The notes: generated by a model from the letters alone, not told the origin. Numbered from the stretch's first letter, positions 21,400 through 31,045 are shown. The stretch: DNA of 64,000 nucleotides from an uncultured Flavobacteriales bacterium (GCA_964389755.1 CAYMEW010000015.1:2002-66001), one strand, 5' to 3'. Program-made: numbers and translations.

Positions 21400-22433
21400 G
21401 CCTTGCGGTAATAAAAGATCTCGTCTTCCAGAAAGTGCTCGCTGTGATCGGGTAACCCAAGTAAGTCGGGGGCTTTCAGTCCGTCGCCGAAATAGCCCGG
21501 ACCTCGGATGATGCGAATCTCGTCGTAAAGTCCGGAGCTCAGGAATTGTTCCAGTACAGCTTTGCCACCTTCAACCAGAACGGATTGTATCTCACGTTCG
21601 TAAAGTGTTTTCAGGATTTCAGAAATGGCATTTGTTTCCGTGCGCACGAGTGTCACTCCGTCAAGACTTTCGTCCCTGATCGTATTCAATAACAGCGTCG
21701 GTGCGCTTCCGTCAAAGACCACATAGTCCGTTAAAGAAAGTTCCAGCCGGCTATCCAGTACGATGCGAGTCGGATTTAAGCCGCTTACTGCGCGTACGGT
21801 AAGTGATGGATTGTCGTTCAGGACGGTTCGTTTTCCCACGAGAATGGCAGCTTCCTCGCTTCGCCAGTTATGTACGAGTACCTGCGTTTCAGGAGCGCTG
21901 ATCCGCCGGATGCCCTGTTCACCTGCGGCGCGCGGAGCATCTATGTAACCGTCCGTCGTTTGTGCCCATTTCAGAATAACATAGGGGCGCTTGCGCCGAT
22001 GAAAAGTGAAGAAACGTTTGTTAAGTGCGAGGCATTCGCTTTCCAGGACGCCCGTGCTTACTTCGATACCGGCCATTTTCAGGCGCTCGATCCCTTTTCC
22101 GTTCACGGCGTCGAACGGATCGCGACAACCGATCACCACGCGTTTGAAGCCGCAGCGTATCAACAGGTCGGCACAGGGAGGAGTTTTTCCGAAGTGGGCA
22201 CAGGGTTCCAGGCTTACGTAGATTGTCGCTTCTCCGAGCAGACTTTGATCACTGACGGAGTTCACGGCGTTGACTTCCGCATGCGGACCGCCGTAGAATG
22301 CATGGTATCCCTCGCCGATTACGCGGTCCTCGTGTACGATTACGGCACCCACCATCGGATTTGGGGCGACCCGCCGTTTTCCGAGACGAGCCAGTTCGAT
22401 ACAGCGTGTCATGTACAATTCGTCCGAAAGCAT
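21396..22433 (-). CDS. ribD: Bifunctional riboflavin biosynthesis deaminase/reductase
   Basis: NPMVGAVIV, HAEVNA, LEPCAHFGKTPPC (CMP/dCMP deaminase zinc site), C-terminal RibD_C reductase domain. Confidence 0.92.
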   Translation of the reverse strand: MLSDELYMTRCIELARLGKRRVAPNPMVGAVIVHEDRVIGEGYHAFYGGPHAEVNAVNSVSDQSLLGEATIYVSLEPCAHFGKTPPCADLLIRCGFKRVVIGCRDPFDAVNGKGIERLKMAGIEVSTGVLESECLALNKRFFTFHRRKRPYVILKWAQTTDGYIDAPRAAGEQGIRRISAPETQVLVHNWRSEEAAILVGKRTVLNDNPSLTVRAVSGLNPTRIVLDSRLELSLTDYVVFDGSAPTLLLNTIRDESLDGVTLVRTETNAISEILKTLYEREIQSVLVEGGKAVLEQFLSSGLYDEIRIIRGPGYFGDGLKAPDLLGLPDHSEHFLEDEIFYYRKA

Positions 22434-22505
22434 ACGCGAATATACGCAGAAAGCACGAAAGCAGAGCCCGGTGTGTAATTCACTGAAAATGCTATATTCG
22501 TAGCC

Positions 22506-23753
22506 ATGAAAACGTTTTCTACACGCGAGCGAATGGGCTACCTGTTCAGCTTACCGGTCATCGTAGCCTCGCTGGGTTACTTCGTGGATATTTACGACCT
22601 GCTGCTCTTCGGAATCGTACGCCTTGAAAGCATCCGCTCGCTGGGCATTACCCAGCCCGATGCAGGCGCTTTTATTCTCAACTGGCAAATGGCAGGATTG
22701 CTGATCGGCGGAATTCTATGGGGAATACTGGGCGATAAAAAAGGCCGGCTGTCCGTACTTTTCGGATCCATCCTGCTCTACAGCACGGCTAATATACTTT
22801 GTGGATTCCTGCCCCACATCGGTTTTATGGACAAACTGAACGCGTATGCACTTCTGCGATTCATTGCCGGGATCGGCTTAGCAGGGGAACTCGGTGCGGG
22901 GATTACGCTCGTTGCGGAATCGCTTCCCAGGGAATTGCGCGCGCTCGGAACATCACTTGTTGCCGGTTTTGGCCTGCTCGGTGCCGTGGTAGCAGGATTC
23001 ACAGTGAAGTTGAGTTCCGACTGGACGATTTCCTATTTTATCGGGGGGATCATGGGCATTGGGCTGCTCTTTCTGCGTATCGGGGTATTAGAGTCCGGTA
23101 TGTTCAAAGAGGTCCGGCAAACCGAAGGCATTAAACGCGGAAGTTTCCTGTATTTCTTCAGCAATCGCGACCGGCTTTTGCGCTACCTCAAATGCATTGC
23201 CATCGGTTTACCAACCTGGTATTGTATCGGGATACTGGCTTTTTTCTGTGATGAGATCGGCCGCGGACTCGGAATTTCCGAAGTTGTGAAGCCCCAGTAT
23301 GCCATTCCCTTTGCCTATGCCGGAATCTCCGTGGGCGACTTTGCCAGCGGATTCCTCAGCAACCGGCTACGCTCCCGAAAACGATCGATTCTGTACATGC
23401 TGCTCTTTACCCTGCTGGGCGTCGTACTGATGCTCTTCGGTCCGAACGGAAGCGCCACTTCGTATTATGTCTATTGCGTCTGGCTCGGGCTCGGCACCGG
23501 TTACTGGGCCATGTTTGTAACACTCGGAGCCGAACAGTTCGGGACCAACATCCGTTCCACCGCTGCAACGACTATTCCGAATATGGTGCGCGGACTCCTG
23601 GTGGTCATGGTTTTGCTTTATGACTGGTTAAAGCCCGGAAGCAGGATGATCTACGCTGCTGCGGTTGTCGGTGTGATCGCCTTCGGCCTCGCCTTTTATT
23701 CGTCACTGACCATTAGCGAAACCCACGATAAGGATCTCAACTTCATTGAATAA
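22506..23753 (+). CDS. MFS transporter
   Basis: 12-TM profile, GILGDKKGR loop motif. Confidence 0.8.
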   Translation: MKTFSTRERMGYLFSLPVIVASLGYFVDIYDLLLFGIVRLESIRSLGITQPDAGAFILNWQMAGLLIGGILWGILGDKKGRLSVLFGSILLYSTANILCGFLPHIGFMDKLNAYALLRFIAGIGLAGELGAGITLVAESLPRELRALGTSLVAGFGLLGAVVAGFTVKLSSDWTISYFIGGIMGIGLLFLRIGVLESGMFKEVRQTEGIKRGSFLYFFSNRDRLLRYLKCIAIGLPTWYCIGILAFFCDEIGRGLGISEVVKPQYAIPFAYAGISVGDFASGFLSNRLRSRKRSILYMLLFTLLGVVLMLFGPNGSATSYYVYCVWLGLGTGYWAMFVTLGAEQFGTNIRSTAATTIPNMVRGLLVVMVLLYDWLKPGSRMIYAAAVVGVIAFGLAFYSSLTISETHDKDLNFIE

Positions 23754-23884
23754 TTACTCCGTCTTTGACTATGGAAAGTGCTTCTGCACTCACACCAGGT
23801 TCTCCATTGAATTTTCGCCTATCCGATAAAGTGTCCGATCAAATGCTTATTTTTAGCTAAATACAAACTCAGGAATCCGAAACT

Positions 23885-24640
23885 ATGCGCATTTCAGTAA
23901 TCACCTGCATCCTCGTGGCCGGAACGTTTATGGCCTGCACCGATCAAACGGATGAAAAACAAATGGAAGGAGGATCAGATGCAAACATATCCGACAGCCT
24001 TTCAATGAATGACAGTACGAATGTCGCAACGAATTCCGATACGCTGCACCTGGGCAGTTACGTCCTTGAATTGCATTCCGGGGGACCGGTAAAGATCTCG
24101 AAAACGTACGACGGTGAGTGGAGTGCCGATGAAAAATTGCCACATACACCGCGCATTCGCAGAACCGGTGACAGTCTTATTTTGACGCTTAATAATGGTA
24201 AGACCGTTTCTTTGGTCAATATTCCCTTTTGGGACGATGCGGAAGGCAATCACAACATGGATGAAACGGTTAATTACGCATACTTCAGGGATATCGGCAA
24301 CTACTGGGAAGTACAGGCATTCTGTTACGAATGCAATTACATGGTCTTTGTAAACAAGGAAACCGGGAAAACCTTCACAACGATCGGTCCCGGAGTGATC
24401 TCCCCCTCGGGGAACCTGTTGTTCTGCGCGAACATCGACCTGGAAGCCGGCTTTTCACTGAACGGTATCGAACTATACCGGAAAGAAAGTCAGGGCTACA
24501 GCCTCGTTGCTACCCGCGAACTACCCTGGAGCATCCACCAGTTGCGCTGGAAGAACGATTCCACCATCGCCGGCCAGCGCGTGGGTTTGACGGAAGACAT
24601 GGATTTCGAGCTGTTCGAAGTGGAATTGCGGGTTAGGTAA
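23885..24640 (+). CDS. Hypothetical lipoprotein
   Basis: Lipobox VAGTFMAC. No recognised domain. Confidence 0.55.
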   Translation: MRISVITCILVAGTFMACTDQTDEKQMEGGSDANISDSLSMNDSTNVATNSDTLHLGSYVLELHSGGPVKISKTYDGEWSADEKLPHTPRIRRTGDSLILTLNNGKTVSLVNIPFWDDAEGNHNMDETVNYAYFRDIGNYWEVQAFCYECNYMVFVNKETGKTFTTIGPGVISPSGNLLFCANIDLEAGFSLNGIELYRKESQGYSLVATRELPWSIHQLRWKNDSTIAGQRVGLTEDMDFELFEVELRVR

Positions 24641-24658
24641 AGGCTAAACAGACGAGAA

Positions 24659-25204
24659 ATGAGACAGGAAGCAGTGTTTGAAAGCAAAGCATTTTACCTT
24701 TGGGTCGTGGCAAGCGGGCTGGCCATTCTTTGTACGCCATTCATGGTAGGAGAAGTCGGGGAGGGATACTGGATAACTGCTCTTGTCATCTTCCTACTCA
24801 TCGCCGGCACGTCGGTCCGCAAGTTTACTTTTTATAATAATCGCATTGTTCGAACGGCTGTATTTCGTCCCTTTTTTCGGAAGAAGCAATACGCGTACGA
24901 CGAACTTTTATTTGTCGAGATCAGGAAAAGAAAAGAACCCTATCAGCGTCCATACATCAATCTGCATGTGAACCCGAAACGCATTTCAAGCATATTCTTT
25001 GCACACCGTGCGTTCATCTTTTCCGATTATAAAGAACTGAAGCCTTTAATTTTGCACCTGATCCGCAGGAACGTCGCCATACGACTCAACATGACAAAAG
25101 AATATCCTGATGAATTCACTTACTTGTCCGAACTTGTTTTAAAAAATAACGGCAAACTACTTTCGGCAAAAGATATGGGTGAATATCGAAAGCGAAACGT
25201 GTGA
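24659..25204 (+). CDS. Hypothetical membrane protein
   Basis: Two N-terminal TM helices. No recognised domain. Confidence 0.5.
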   Translation: MRQEAVFESKAFYLWVVASGLAILCTPFMVGEVGEGYWITALVIFLLIAGTSVRKFTFYNNRIVRTAVFRPFFRKKQYAYDELLFVEIRKRKEPYQRPYINLHVNPKRISSIFFAHRAFIFSDYKELKPLILHLIRRNVAIRLNMTKEYPDEFTYLSELVLKNNGKLLSAKDMGEYRKRNV

Positions 25205-25213
25205 GAACGTATA

Positions 25214-25932
25214 ATGACTAAACAAAAAAATACAATGGGAACCACTTATTTTGTAAGATGCACTTTCTACATCCTGCTCAGTATCGGATTCGTTTTGAAT
25301 TCCTGCGATGCTTCTCCGCCCAGAGTAAAACACGTTCCGATAAATTGCAATTCAAACATGTGTATCACACGAGAAATAATGGATGAAGGCGCATTTGGTA
25401 GTTCATTCACTAGCTATGCCATAAAGATAGGACGTCACATTCAAAAAATAAAAATTCAGCATTTTAAAATATTGGATAGCCTTTATGGGAAGATTCGAAT
25501 ACAGTCGTTGCCCTTTTTGACGACTTAAATAGGGATGAGTTTTTCTCGGATACCAGTTACGTCGTAACGGTTAGTGGACAGCGTATCGAGGTCTGTCAGC
25601 TTAATAAATTCAGGTATTTTACAAATATCCGGCTGATTGATTCAATTCCGTTTAACGCAGAAAGGACGGCATACAAATACAGTGTATCAGCTCCTGATTT
25701 TCCGGGTGAAAAGTACATTCAGTATTCTGTTTCGGGGTCGTCGAAGCAGCTTCCGGTCAGGGGCAACCTCATTTGGGCGAATCAATGGTTGTACACTGAT
25801 CCCATGTTGAGTCTTGAAGTTCGTGAACCTGGAAAACTAACTTTGACCTTTGATAAACAGTATGAAAATGCCATTTTGTTTGTCGACACCTCACTAATAG
25901 AAGTTCGGCCAGTTAATAGATGGGGTGGTTAA
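25214..25932 (+). pseudogene. Lipoprotein gene split by a frameshift at a T5 run
   Basis: ORF 25214-25528 has a lipobox (VLNSC). The -1 frame is open from 25480 to the TAA at 25930-25932 with no usable start codon. Adding one T to the run at 25514-25518 fuses the two into about 240 aa. Confidence 0.6.
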
Positions 25933-26057
25933 AATGGCTTTATATGCTGGCTGGACCGGTCCTGTTTTTAACTGTAATTACAGCAATTCGATCTTAGAAG
26001 AAATTAGATAATGGATTTAGTTATAATACACAAATATATCGCTAAAGTTATGGGCTT

Positions 26058-26113
26058 GTTCGTGTGAATTCCGTCCATTTTCTGTTAAAGGAATGAAAGG
26101 AATTCACATGAAC
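26058..26113. repeat. Imperfect 22-bp-arm inverted repeat (hairpin)
   Basis: gttcgtgtgaattccgtccatt / aatgaaaggaattcacatgaac around a 12-nt loop, with three mismatches. Lies in the spacer after the frameshifted gene. Confidence 0.7.
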
Positions 26114-26200
26114 GCGAACCGCAGAATCGTGCCGATAACCTTTCTTTGGTAATTACAAATGTTGTTGAGGAATCCAATTTGAACGATTTATATTCATAAT

Positions 26201-26452
26201 ATGAATGAAGAAGACTTTCTTAAGAAAAAAAACAACTTAATGGATCTGATTTCAAAAAGCATGTTGGAAACAGGCATTAGTATGCAGCAAAGAGCCTCGT
26301 TGGTTAAACTGTTAGAAATATTAAACCGATATTCATTTCAAAATAGAATAGACAGGAAAGGTTTACTCACGCACACAATTATCGATAGTTTGGAACTGGA
26401 CCATTCCGTAGGTGGAGAACTAATAAGGTTTGACAGCGAAATCCATCAATGA
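26201..26452 (+). CDS. Hypothetical small cytoplasmic protein (83 aa)
   Basis: ATG-initiated ORF in the AT-rich array. Helical and charged, no signal peptide. Confidence 0.5.
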   Translation: MNEEDFLKKKNNLMDLISKSMLETGISMQQRASLVKLLEILNRYSFQNRIDRKGLLTHTIIDSLELDHSVGGELIRFDSEIHQ

Positions 26453-26502
26453 TATATTAAGAGGAGCAACTCCTTACAAAAATATAAACATCATGCTTAA
26501 TC

Positions 26503-26522
26503 TGCACTCCTGGTTTATTTTC
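26503..26522 (+). repeat. Array intergenic repeat, short/degenerate copy D
   Basis: tgcactcctggtttattttc resembles copy E (tgcgcatttcaattcgatggtttatttttt) and the head of copies A and B. Confidence 0.4.
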
Positions 26523-26599
26523 TAAATTAGAAGATGTGAACGTCACTGGGTCATTTTTTTCTGCGATCGTCGTGACCTGCATTCAATATTACAATTTTA

Positions 26600-27004
26600 A
26601 TGAAAGCAACAAAACTGATTTTCTGCGTATTCCTCCTTACCTCATGTCTGTCCGATTACAAACTGGATACATTAAATAATGATTTTAAAATAGGGTACGT
26701 CGAATTATCCAGATACAGAAATATCTATTATCAAGATCAGGGATTATTTCACAGGAAATGTGTTTATTCGGTAATTGTAGATGACCAGTTCATTTACGTC
26801 AAAACCCACCCGTTTAATAAACAAAATACGCTTGTGAAAGATTCTAGTATGCTGTTTGTTATTGATCTGGAAAAATATAAGCTACAACCGGATCAGGAGA
26901 ATAGCCCGGGGATATTGGGTCCTTTTAAGGAAGAAGATTTCAAAAACAGCACATTAGGAAGAAGTATTAAAAATGAAGATTGGCTGGAATATCCGTTTGA
27001 GTAG
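26600..27004 (+). CDS. Hypothetical lipoprotein (134 aa)
   Basis: Lipobox FLLTSC. AT-rich array member. Confidence 0.55.
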   Translation: MKATKLIFCVFLLTSCLSDYKLDTLNNDFKIGYVELSRYRNIYYQDQGLFHRKCVYSVIVDDQFIYVKTHPFNKQNTLVKDSSMLFVIDLEKYKLQPDQENSPGILGPFKEEDFKNSTLGRSIKNEDWLEYPFE

Positions 27005-27135
27005 AAGAATTATTTTGATACAGGTCTGCTTAAAAGAGGTGGAGTGATCGAATAGATTCATTAAAGAAAAAGAAAAACATGCTGACCCTTTTAAAACAGA
27101 AAGCGGTAGATTCAAACACAGAAACAGAACGAGGA

Positions 27136-27633
27136 ATGAGTCACATGAAATTATTAAAACCGACTATTCAAATGCACACGTTATTCGTTAAATTTTTATT
27201 GGTATTTGGCTTGGCCTCATGCAGGACCGATAATGATCCAGGTATGGATAAAGTTCAAGTATTTAATGAGAATAATGTTGGTTTAAATATCGAAAGGGTG
27301 TTTAAGGACTCCGTTGGCTATACAATAATGGGTAATTTGGTTAATCAAGGATCTGATTCGATTGAGATATTGCCAAATGATCATAGTAGCTTTGTCTGTT
27401 ATTTTAAGATTGCTTTTTTTAAGGACAATGAATGGTCTGATTGGAAAGAATGTTTGCCTAAATATTATGTAGAATTTCCTGACCATATAGTTTTAGAACC
27501 AAATGCTAGCGTAAATTTTCGACTCAATTCGCGTATTGATTTTGGAGAATCAGATAATGCGTTTGAAGGATTAAAACTGAAGTTTAGTCGAATAGATGTT
27601 GATTCCGTGATTGTTGATTATTATTTGAATTAG
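27136..27633 (+). CDS. Hypothetical lipoprotein
   Basis: The ORF runs 27079-27633. The likely start is MSHMKLLKPT... with lipobox FGLASC. Confidence 0.55.
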   Translation: MSHMKLLKPTIQMHTLFVKFLLVFGLASCRTDNDPGMDKVQVFNENNVGLNIERVFKDSVGYTIMGNLVNQGSDSIEILPNDHSSFVCYFKIAFFKDNEWSDWKECLPKYYVEFPDHIVLEPNASVNFRLNSRIDFGESDNAFEGLKLKFSRIDVDSVIVDYYLN

Positions 27634-27657
27634 CACAAATGATTGTAATCAACTCAG

Positions 27658-27720
27658 TGCGCATTCACCACTCGAGTGGGCGTATTTTGCCCCGCACGAT
27701 TCAAACCATTCGGGCTTAAA
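27658..27720 (+). repeat. Array intergenic repeat, copy A
   Basis: tgcgcattcaccactcgagtgggcgtattttgccccgcacgattcaaaccattcgggcttaaa aligns along its length with copy B (29606-29680). Confidence 0.75.
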
Positions 27721-27806
27721 TCTAGATTTTAATAAAAGTGTATGTAATTTTACAATCCGAAAAATTGGGCAGCATTATCAAATTATCCATATTTACCATT
27801 TAGATA

Positions 27807-28232
27807 TTGAATTATATAGAAAACAAAAGCGAATATTATAATAGCGATTGGGATCGCATGTGGAAGGATATATTGAATTATGCAATGAATAATTCAGACT
27901 ACGTATCTTTTAATATTTTATTCGAAGATGAGCGATTAAAAAAAATGATAACAGATTTCAATGGTATTATTAAAACCGTGGATAAAGAGTACCAAAGTGG
28001 GAAATCGGTTTTTTTTCCAATATCTGAAAAAATATCGGCTTTTCTTATTAAGAAAGAATTTAATGATTGGATTAATTTTTGCGTTGAGGATCCATCATTT
28101 TGGAAAGATGATAGGGAGTTTGTAGCGACGATTTCGCATGAAGGATATATTATGTTTAATATTGAGGAGAAAGAAAAAAAATACTTCGCTGATATTGGAC
28201 TAATGACTTTTAAAGTTCGACAAAGGATTTAA
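27807..28232 (+). CDS. Hypothetical cytoplasmic protein (141 aa; TTG or internal ATG start)
   Basis: ORF in the AT-rich array. The first in-frame start is TTG; the first ATG is at 27858. No signal peptide. Confidence 0.5.
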   Translation: MNYIENKSEYYNSDWDRMWKDILNYAMNNSDYVSFNILFEDERLKKMITDFNGIIKTVDKEYQSGKSVFFPISEKISAFLIKKEFNDWINFCVEDPSFWKDDREFVATISHEGYIMFNIEEKEKKYFADIGLMTFKVRQRI

Positions 28233-28304
28233 AGAGAGTTTAAGATAGATTATATAATTAGTTAAATTGTCGCGAGGTGCTGCTCAGCAATATTATATTC
28301 GTCT

Positions 28305-28628
28305 ATGATTAGGAATAATATTAGTCAATTGGGTTATATACTAATTTTAATTTTTACAAGCCATTCTTGTACGGAAAAAGACCCGTTTTATTATGTAGAG
28401 TTTAAGGACCTGAAAATTTTGGAAGTAGGAAACCAAACTGGCACAAATATCTTTCTGGTACAAGAGAAAAGCGTACCTGAAATTACAGAGGGTTATTCAT
28501 TTGTTGAATACGACAAAAACAAATTAAGTAAGTTACATGTTGGAGACGTTTTAAGAAAGAGAAGAGGATCATACGATATCTATATCTATAGATCGGGTAA
28601 ATGTGTTCAGCGTTTAAGTAGAGATTGA
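28305..28628 (+). CDS. Hypothetical small lipoprotein-like protein (107 aa)
   Basis: N-terminal hydrophobic segment ending FTSHSC. Confidence 0.5.
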   Translation: MIRNNISQLGYILILIFTSHSCTEKDPFYYVEFKDLKILEVGNQTGTNIFLVQEKSVPEITEGYSFVEYDKNKLSKLHVGDVLRKRRGSYDIYIYRSGKCVQRLSRD

Positions 28629-28650
28629 TGAGTAGTTTGGAAGTAGGCGA

Positions 28651-28705
28651 AGTGGCGTTTTCTCTCTAAGTGTAAATGTTGCGCCATTTGCTTACTGCGT
28701 GTTAT
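28651..28705 (+). repeat. Array intergenic repeat, partial copy C
   Basis: agtggcgtttt...gcttactgcgtgttat matches the middle (agtggcgtatttt) and tail (gcttacttttgtgttat) of copy B. Confidence 0.5.
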
Positions 28706-28719
28706 GGGTATTTAATATT

Positions 28720-28750
28720 TGCGCATTTCAATTCGATGGTTTATTTTTTG
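28720..28750 (+). repeat. Array intergenic repeat, short copy E
   Basis: tgcgcatttcaattcgatggtttattttttg shares the TGCGCATT(T)CA head and the TGG..TATTTT core with copies A and B. Confidence 0.5.
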
Positions 28751-28845
28751 CTTCTTAAGAAATTTAATCAAGTCAAAGGCTTTTACGGGAAATGAAATTA
28801 ACGAAGCTGACTTCAAGTTATGCAGTTTTTCAAAAGCCAGTACTT

Positions 28846-29340
28846 ATGGATCTACAGACTAAAATATTACTTATTTTAAATTTATCAATTGTCATTGCAT
28901 GTAATGCCGATCATAAAACAAAATGGGAGGCTAAAAGAAAAGAAAACAAGCACCATACGTATGTTGCAAAAGATGATAGTATTGACGTACGCCTTAGTAA
29001 TATCTGTCTTGAACAATACAGACATATGTCGATTGTCGTATTATACCTGAGAGCTGCTCCACTTAATAACGAGATGGATAGTTTGCTTGAAAAAACAGAC
29101 ACAATTTTTTTAAGGCAGCACGGTAAAATTTATGAATGTTTGGTTTTTGATAAATGGGATAATTATCACAAAAAAATGGTTTTGCGTTACAGAACCGATA
29201 GATTAAGTGAAAAGGAGTATCGTGACTTTTTGAAAGAAGCGGATATAGATGTTCGATTTAATAATATTAATCAATGGTTCCGGTTGGATGAACGCAATTC
29301 CACCAAAGGCGTTGTACAAAATGATCTATATGAAGATTAG
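28846..29340 (+). CDS. Hypothetical lipoprotein
   Basis: The ORF runs 28792-29340. The likely start is MDLQTKILLILNLSIVIAC (lipobox). Confidence 0.55.
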   Translation: MDLQTKILLILNLSIVIACNADHKTKWEAKRKENKHHTYVAKDDSIDVRLSNICLEQYRHMSIVVLYLRAAPLNNEMDSLLEKTDTIFLRQHGKIYECLVFDKWDNYHKKMVLRYRTDRLSEKEYRDFLKEADIDVRFNNINQWFRLDERNSTKGVVQNDLYED

Positions 29341-29605
29341 ATAGGTAGTGTACCAGGGCAACCCCTAAGGAACTCTCAGAATAGACATTCGAATTCCGAA
29401 GGAAGCAAAGAAGTTATTTTCGAAATTCCGTAGTTTTGGTAGTGTCCCACACTATCACCTTTAAAATTTTAGCAATTAACTTTCTGACTTACAGTCTGTA
29501 TTCTGGCTTTTTACCTGTCAACGAGTGAAGGTAATCTTCTTTTGTTTTTGGTTTTTAGTTATTCCGAAACAAAAGTGATTGCCCTTTTACCCATTTTCAC
29601 CCACC

Positions 29606-29680
29606 TGCGCATTCACCCCCGCAAAGTGGCGTATTTTACCGCGCACCATCCAAACCCTTCGGCTTACTTTTGTGTTATAC
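29606..29680 (+). repeat. Array intergenic repeat, copy B
   Basis: tgcgcattcacccccgcaaagtggcgtattttaccgcgcaccatccaaacccttcggcttacttttgtgttatac. The conserved outer pairing TGCGC...GCGCA is also present in copy A (TGCG...CGCA). Confidence 0.75.
29665..29672 (+). promoter_or_regulatory. Bacteroidota -7 box (TACTTTTG) inside repeat copy B
   Basis: Matches TAnnTTTG. Lies 73 nt upstream of the DinB-like ATG. Confidence 0.4.
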
Positions 29681-29744
29681 CCTAAACCGGTCCTGCGCAG
29701 CACGCATTTTCTGTAGGTTGCCGGGATTTGTAAAACACGGAAAC

Positions 29745-30248
29745 ATGGAGGATCAACGGCTAATAAACGATTATGAAACGGTTACGAAACAGCTCCTGCA
29801 ACTGCTGGACGGACTCTCGGAACAGGAACTGAATACGGTGCCCTTTGAAGGAAGCTGGACCGCCGGACAACTCGGGGATCACCTGCGTCAGGCCTACGGA
29901 ATCACCGAACTGCCGGTTGAATACCACGCTACGGAGCGCGACCCGCTGCAACACGAAACGGCTTTGCATTCCATTTTTGATAACGATGCGGAAAAGTACC
30001 GGTCGCCCGAAGCAATTCTGCCGGCAGATCATTATTTCGACAAAGCACGGCTCATCGGGGAGATCCGCGAACGCGCCGAAGCGTTGCAAACAGGCATGTC
30101 CGACCATGGAACGGAGGAAGTAAGTGCATTTGACTTTCCCGGGCTGGGGGCACTCACCGGTTACGAACAACTCGTTCTGGCAACGGTACACACCAATCGG
30201 CACAACAGACAACTGGAAACGATTATCGAACGGTTAAAAAACGGCTAA
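29745..30248 (+). CDS. DinB-family protein
   Basis: Four-helix DinB-type pattern (WTAGQLGDHL ... HTNRHNRQLE). The internal ATG at 29745 is preferred over the ORF-track start. Confidence 0.7.
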   Translation: MEDQRLINDYETVTKQLLQLLDGLSEQELNTVPFEGSWTAGQLGDHLRQAYGITELPVEYHATERDPLQHETALHSIFDNDAEKYRSPEAILPADHYFDKARLIGEIRERAEALQTGMSDHGTEEVSAFDFPGLGALTGYEQLVLATVHTNRHNRQLETIIERLKNG

Positions 30249-30249
30249 G

Positions 30250-30606
30250 ATGACTGAAAAAGGAAAATGGTTGCAGCGCTTCAATGAAGCCTTCGCCAAA
30301 CAGGATGTCGATTACATCCTGGAGCAGGTAACGGACGACCTGGAATGGAAGATTCGCGGAGACCGCACCATTCGCGGGAAACAGGAATTCGAACAGGAGT
30401 TGCAGCGCATGAAGGAAATGCCGCCGGCGAAATTTCAAATCGGGCACATCATCACTCATGGGAACACGGCTGCCGTGGAAGGAGAAATGACCTGTAAAGA
30501 CCAGTCGGGCACCGAAAAAACGTACGCTTTTTGTGACGTCTACGACCTGCGGGGATTCAAAAATCCGAAGATAGCCCGGATGATCACGTTTATCAGCGAA
30601 CTTTAA
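30250..30606 (+). CDS. SnoaL-like / NTF2-fold protein
   Basis: 118 aa. WLQRFNEAFAKQDVDYILEQVTDDLEW pattern typical of SnoaL_2. Confidence 0.65.
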   Translation: MTEKGKWLQRFNEAFAKQDVDYILEQVTDDLEWKIRGDRTIRGKQEFEQELQRMKEMPPAKFQIGHIITHGNTAAVEGEMTCKDQSGTEKTYAFCDVYDLRGFKNPKIARMITFISEL

Positions 30607-30654
30607 GCGGAAAAAGCTGTTCAATGAAGCATATAATTCTGAAAAAGAAAGGCC

Positions 30655-31038
30655 ATGTTAAAGCAATCAAAAGCATTCAGCGGGTTTTCCGTGAACGACC
30701 TCGGGAAGGCCAGGCAGTTTTACGGTGAAACGCTCGGACTCGACGTCAAAGAAAGTGAAATGGGCATGCTCGAACTGCACACGCCAGGCAATAACGGGAT
30801 CATTGTCTATCCGAAGGAAAACCACGAAGCAGCAAGTTTTACCGTACTCAATTTCCCGGTAAGCGATATTGAGGCCGTGGTGGACGACCTGAGTGCGAAA
30901 GGCGTTGTTTTCGAACAGTACGGAGAACCGATAAAAACGGATAAGAAAGGCATTTGCCGCAACGAATACGGTCCGCTGATCGCCTGGTTCAAAGATCCTG
31001 CGGGAAATATTTTGTCGGTATTACAGGATCGAAAATAA
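30655..31038 (+). CDS. VOC (glyoxalase/bleomycin-resistance) family protein
   Basis: 127 aa. FYGETLGL ... [13 protein letters not shown], the typical VOC beta-alpha-beta-beta-beta ends. Confidence 0.75.
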   Translation: MLKQSKAFSGFSVNDLGKARQFYGETLGLDVKESEMGMLELHTPGNNGIIVYPKENHEAASFTVLNFPVSDIEAVVDDLSAKGVVFEQYGEPIKTDKKGICRNEYGPLIAWFKDPAGNILSVLQDRK

Positions 31039-31045
31039 ACGTTTC

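Noticed and set aside
22434-22505. Possible FMN riboswitch upstream of ribD
   Set aside because: The leader is only 72 nt, too short for an FMN element, and no conserved FMN-riboswitch core sequences were seen.
29341-29605. Small hairpins (GGTAGTGT-ccc-ACACTATC at ~29433-29451; CTTTTGTTT...AAACAAAAG at 29539-29575) and the 12-nt match ATAGGTAGTGTA with 47836-47847
   Set aside because: Short stems and 12-13-mers are expected by chance many times in 64 kb. There is no supporting context.
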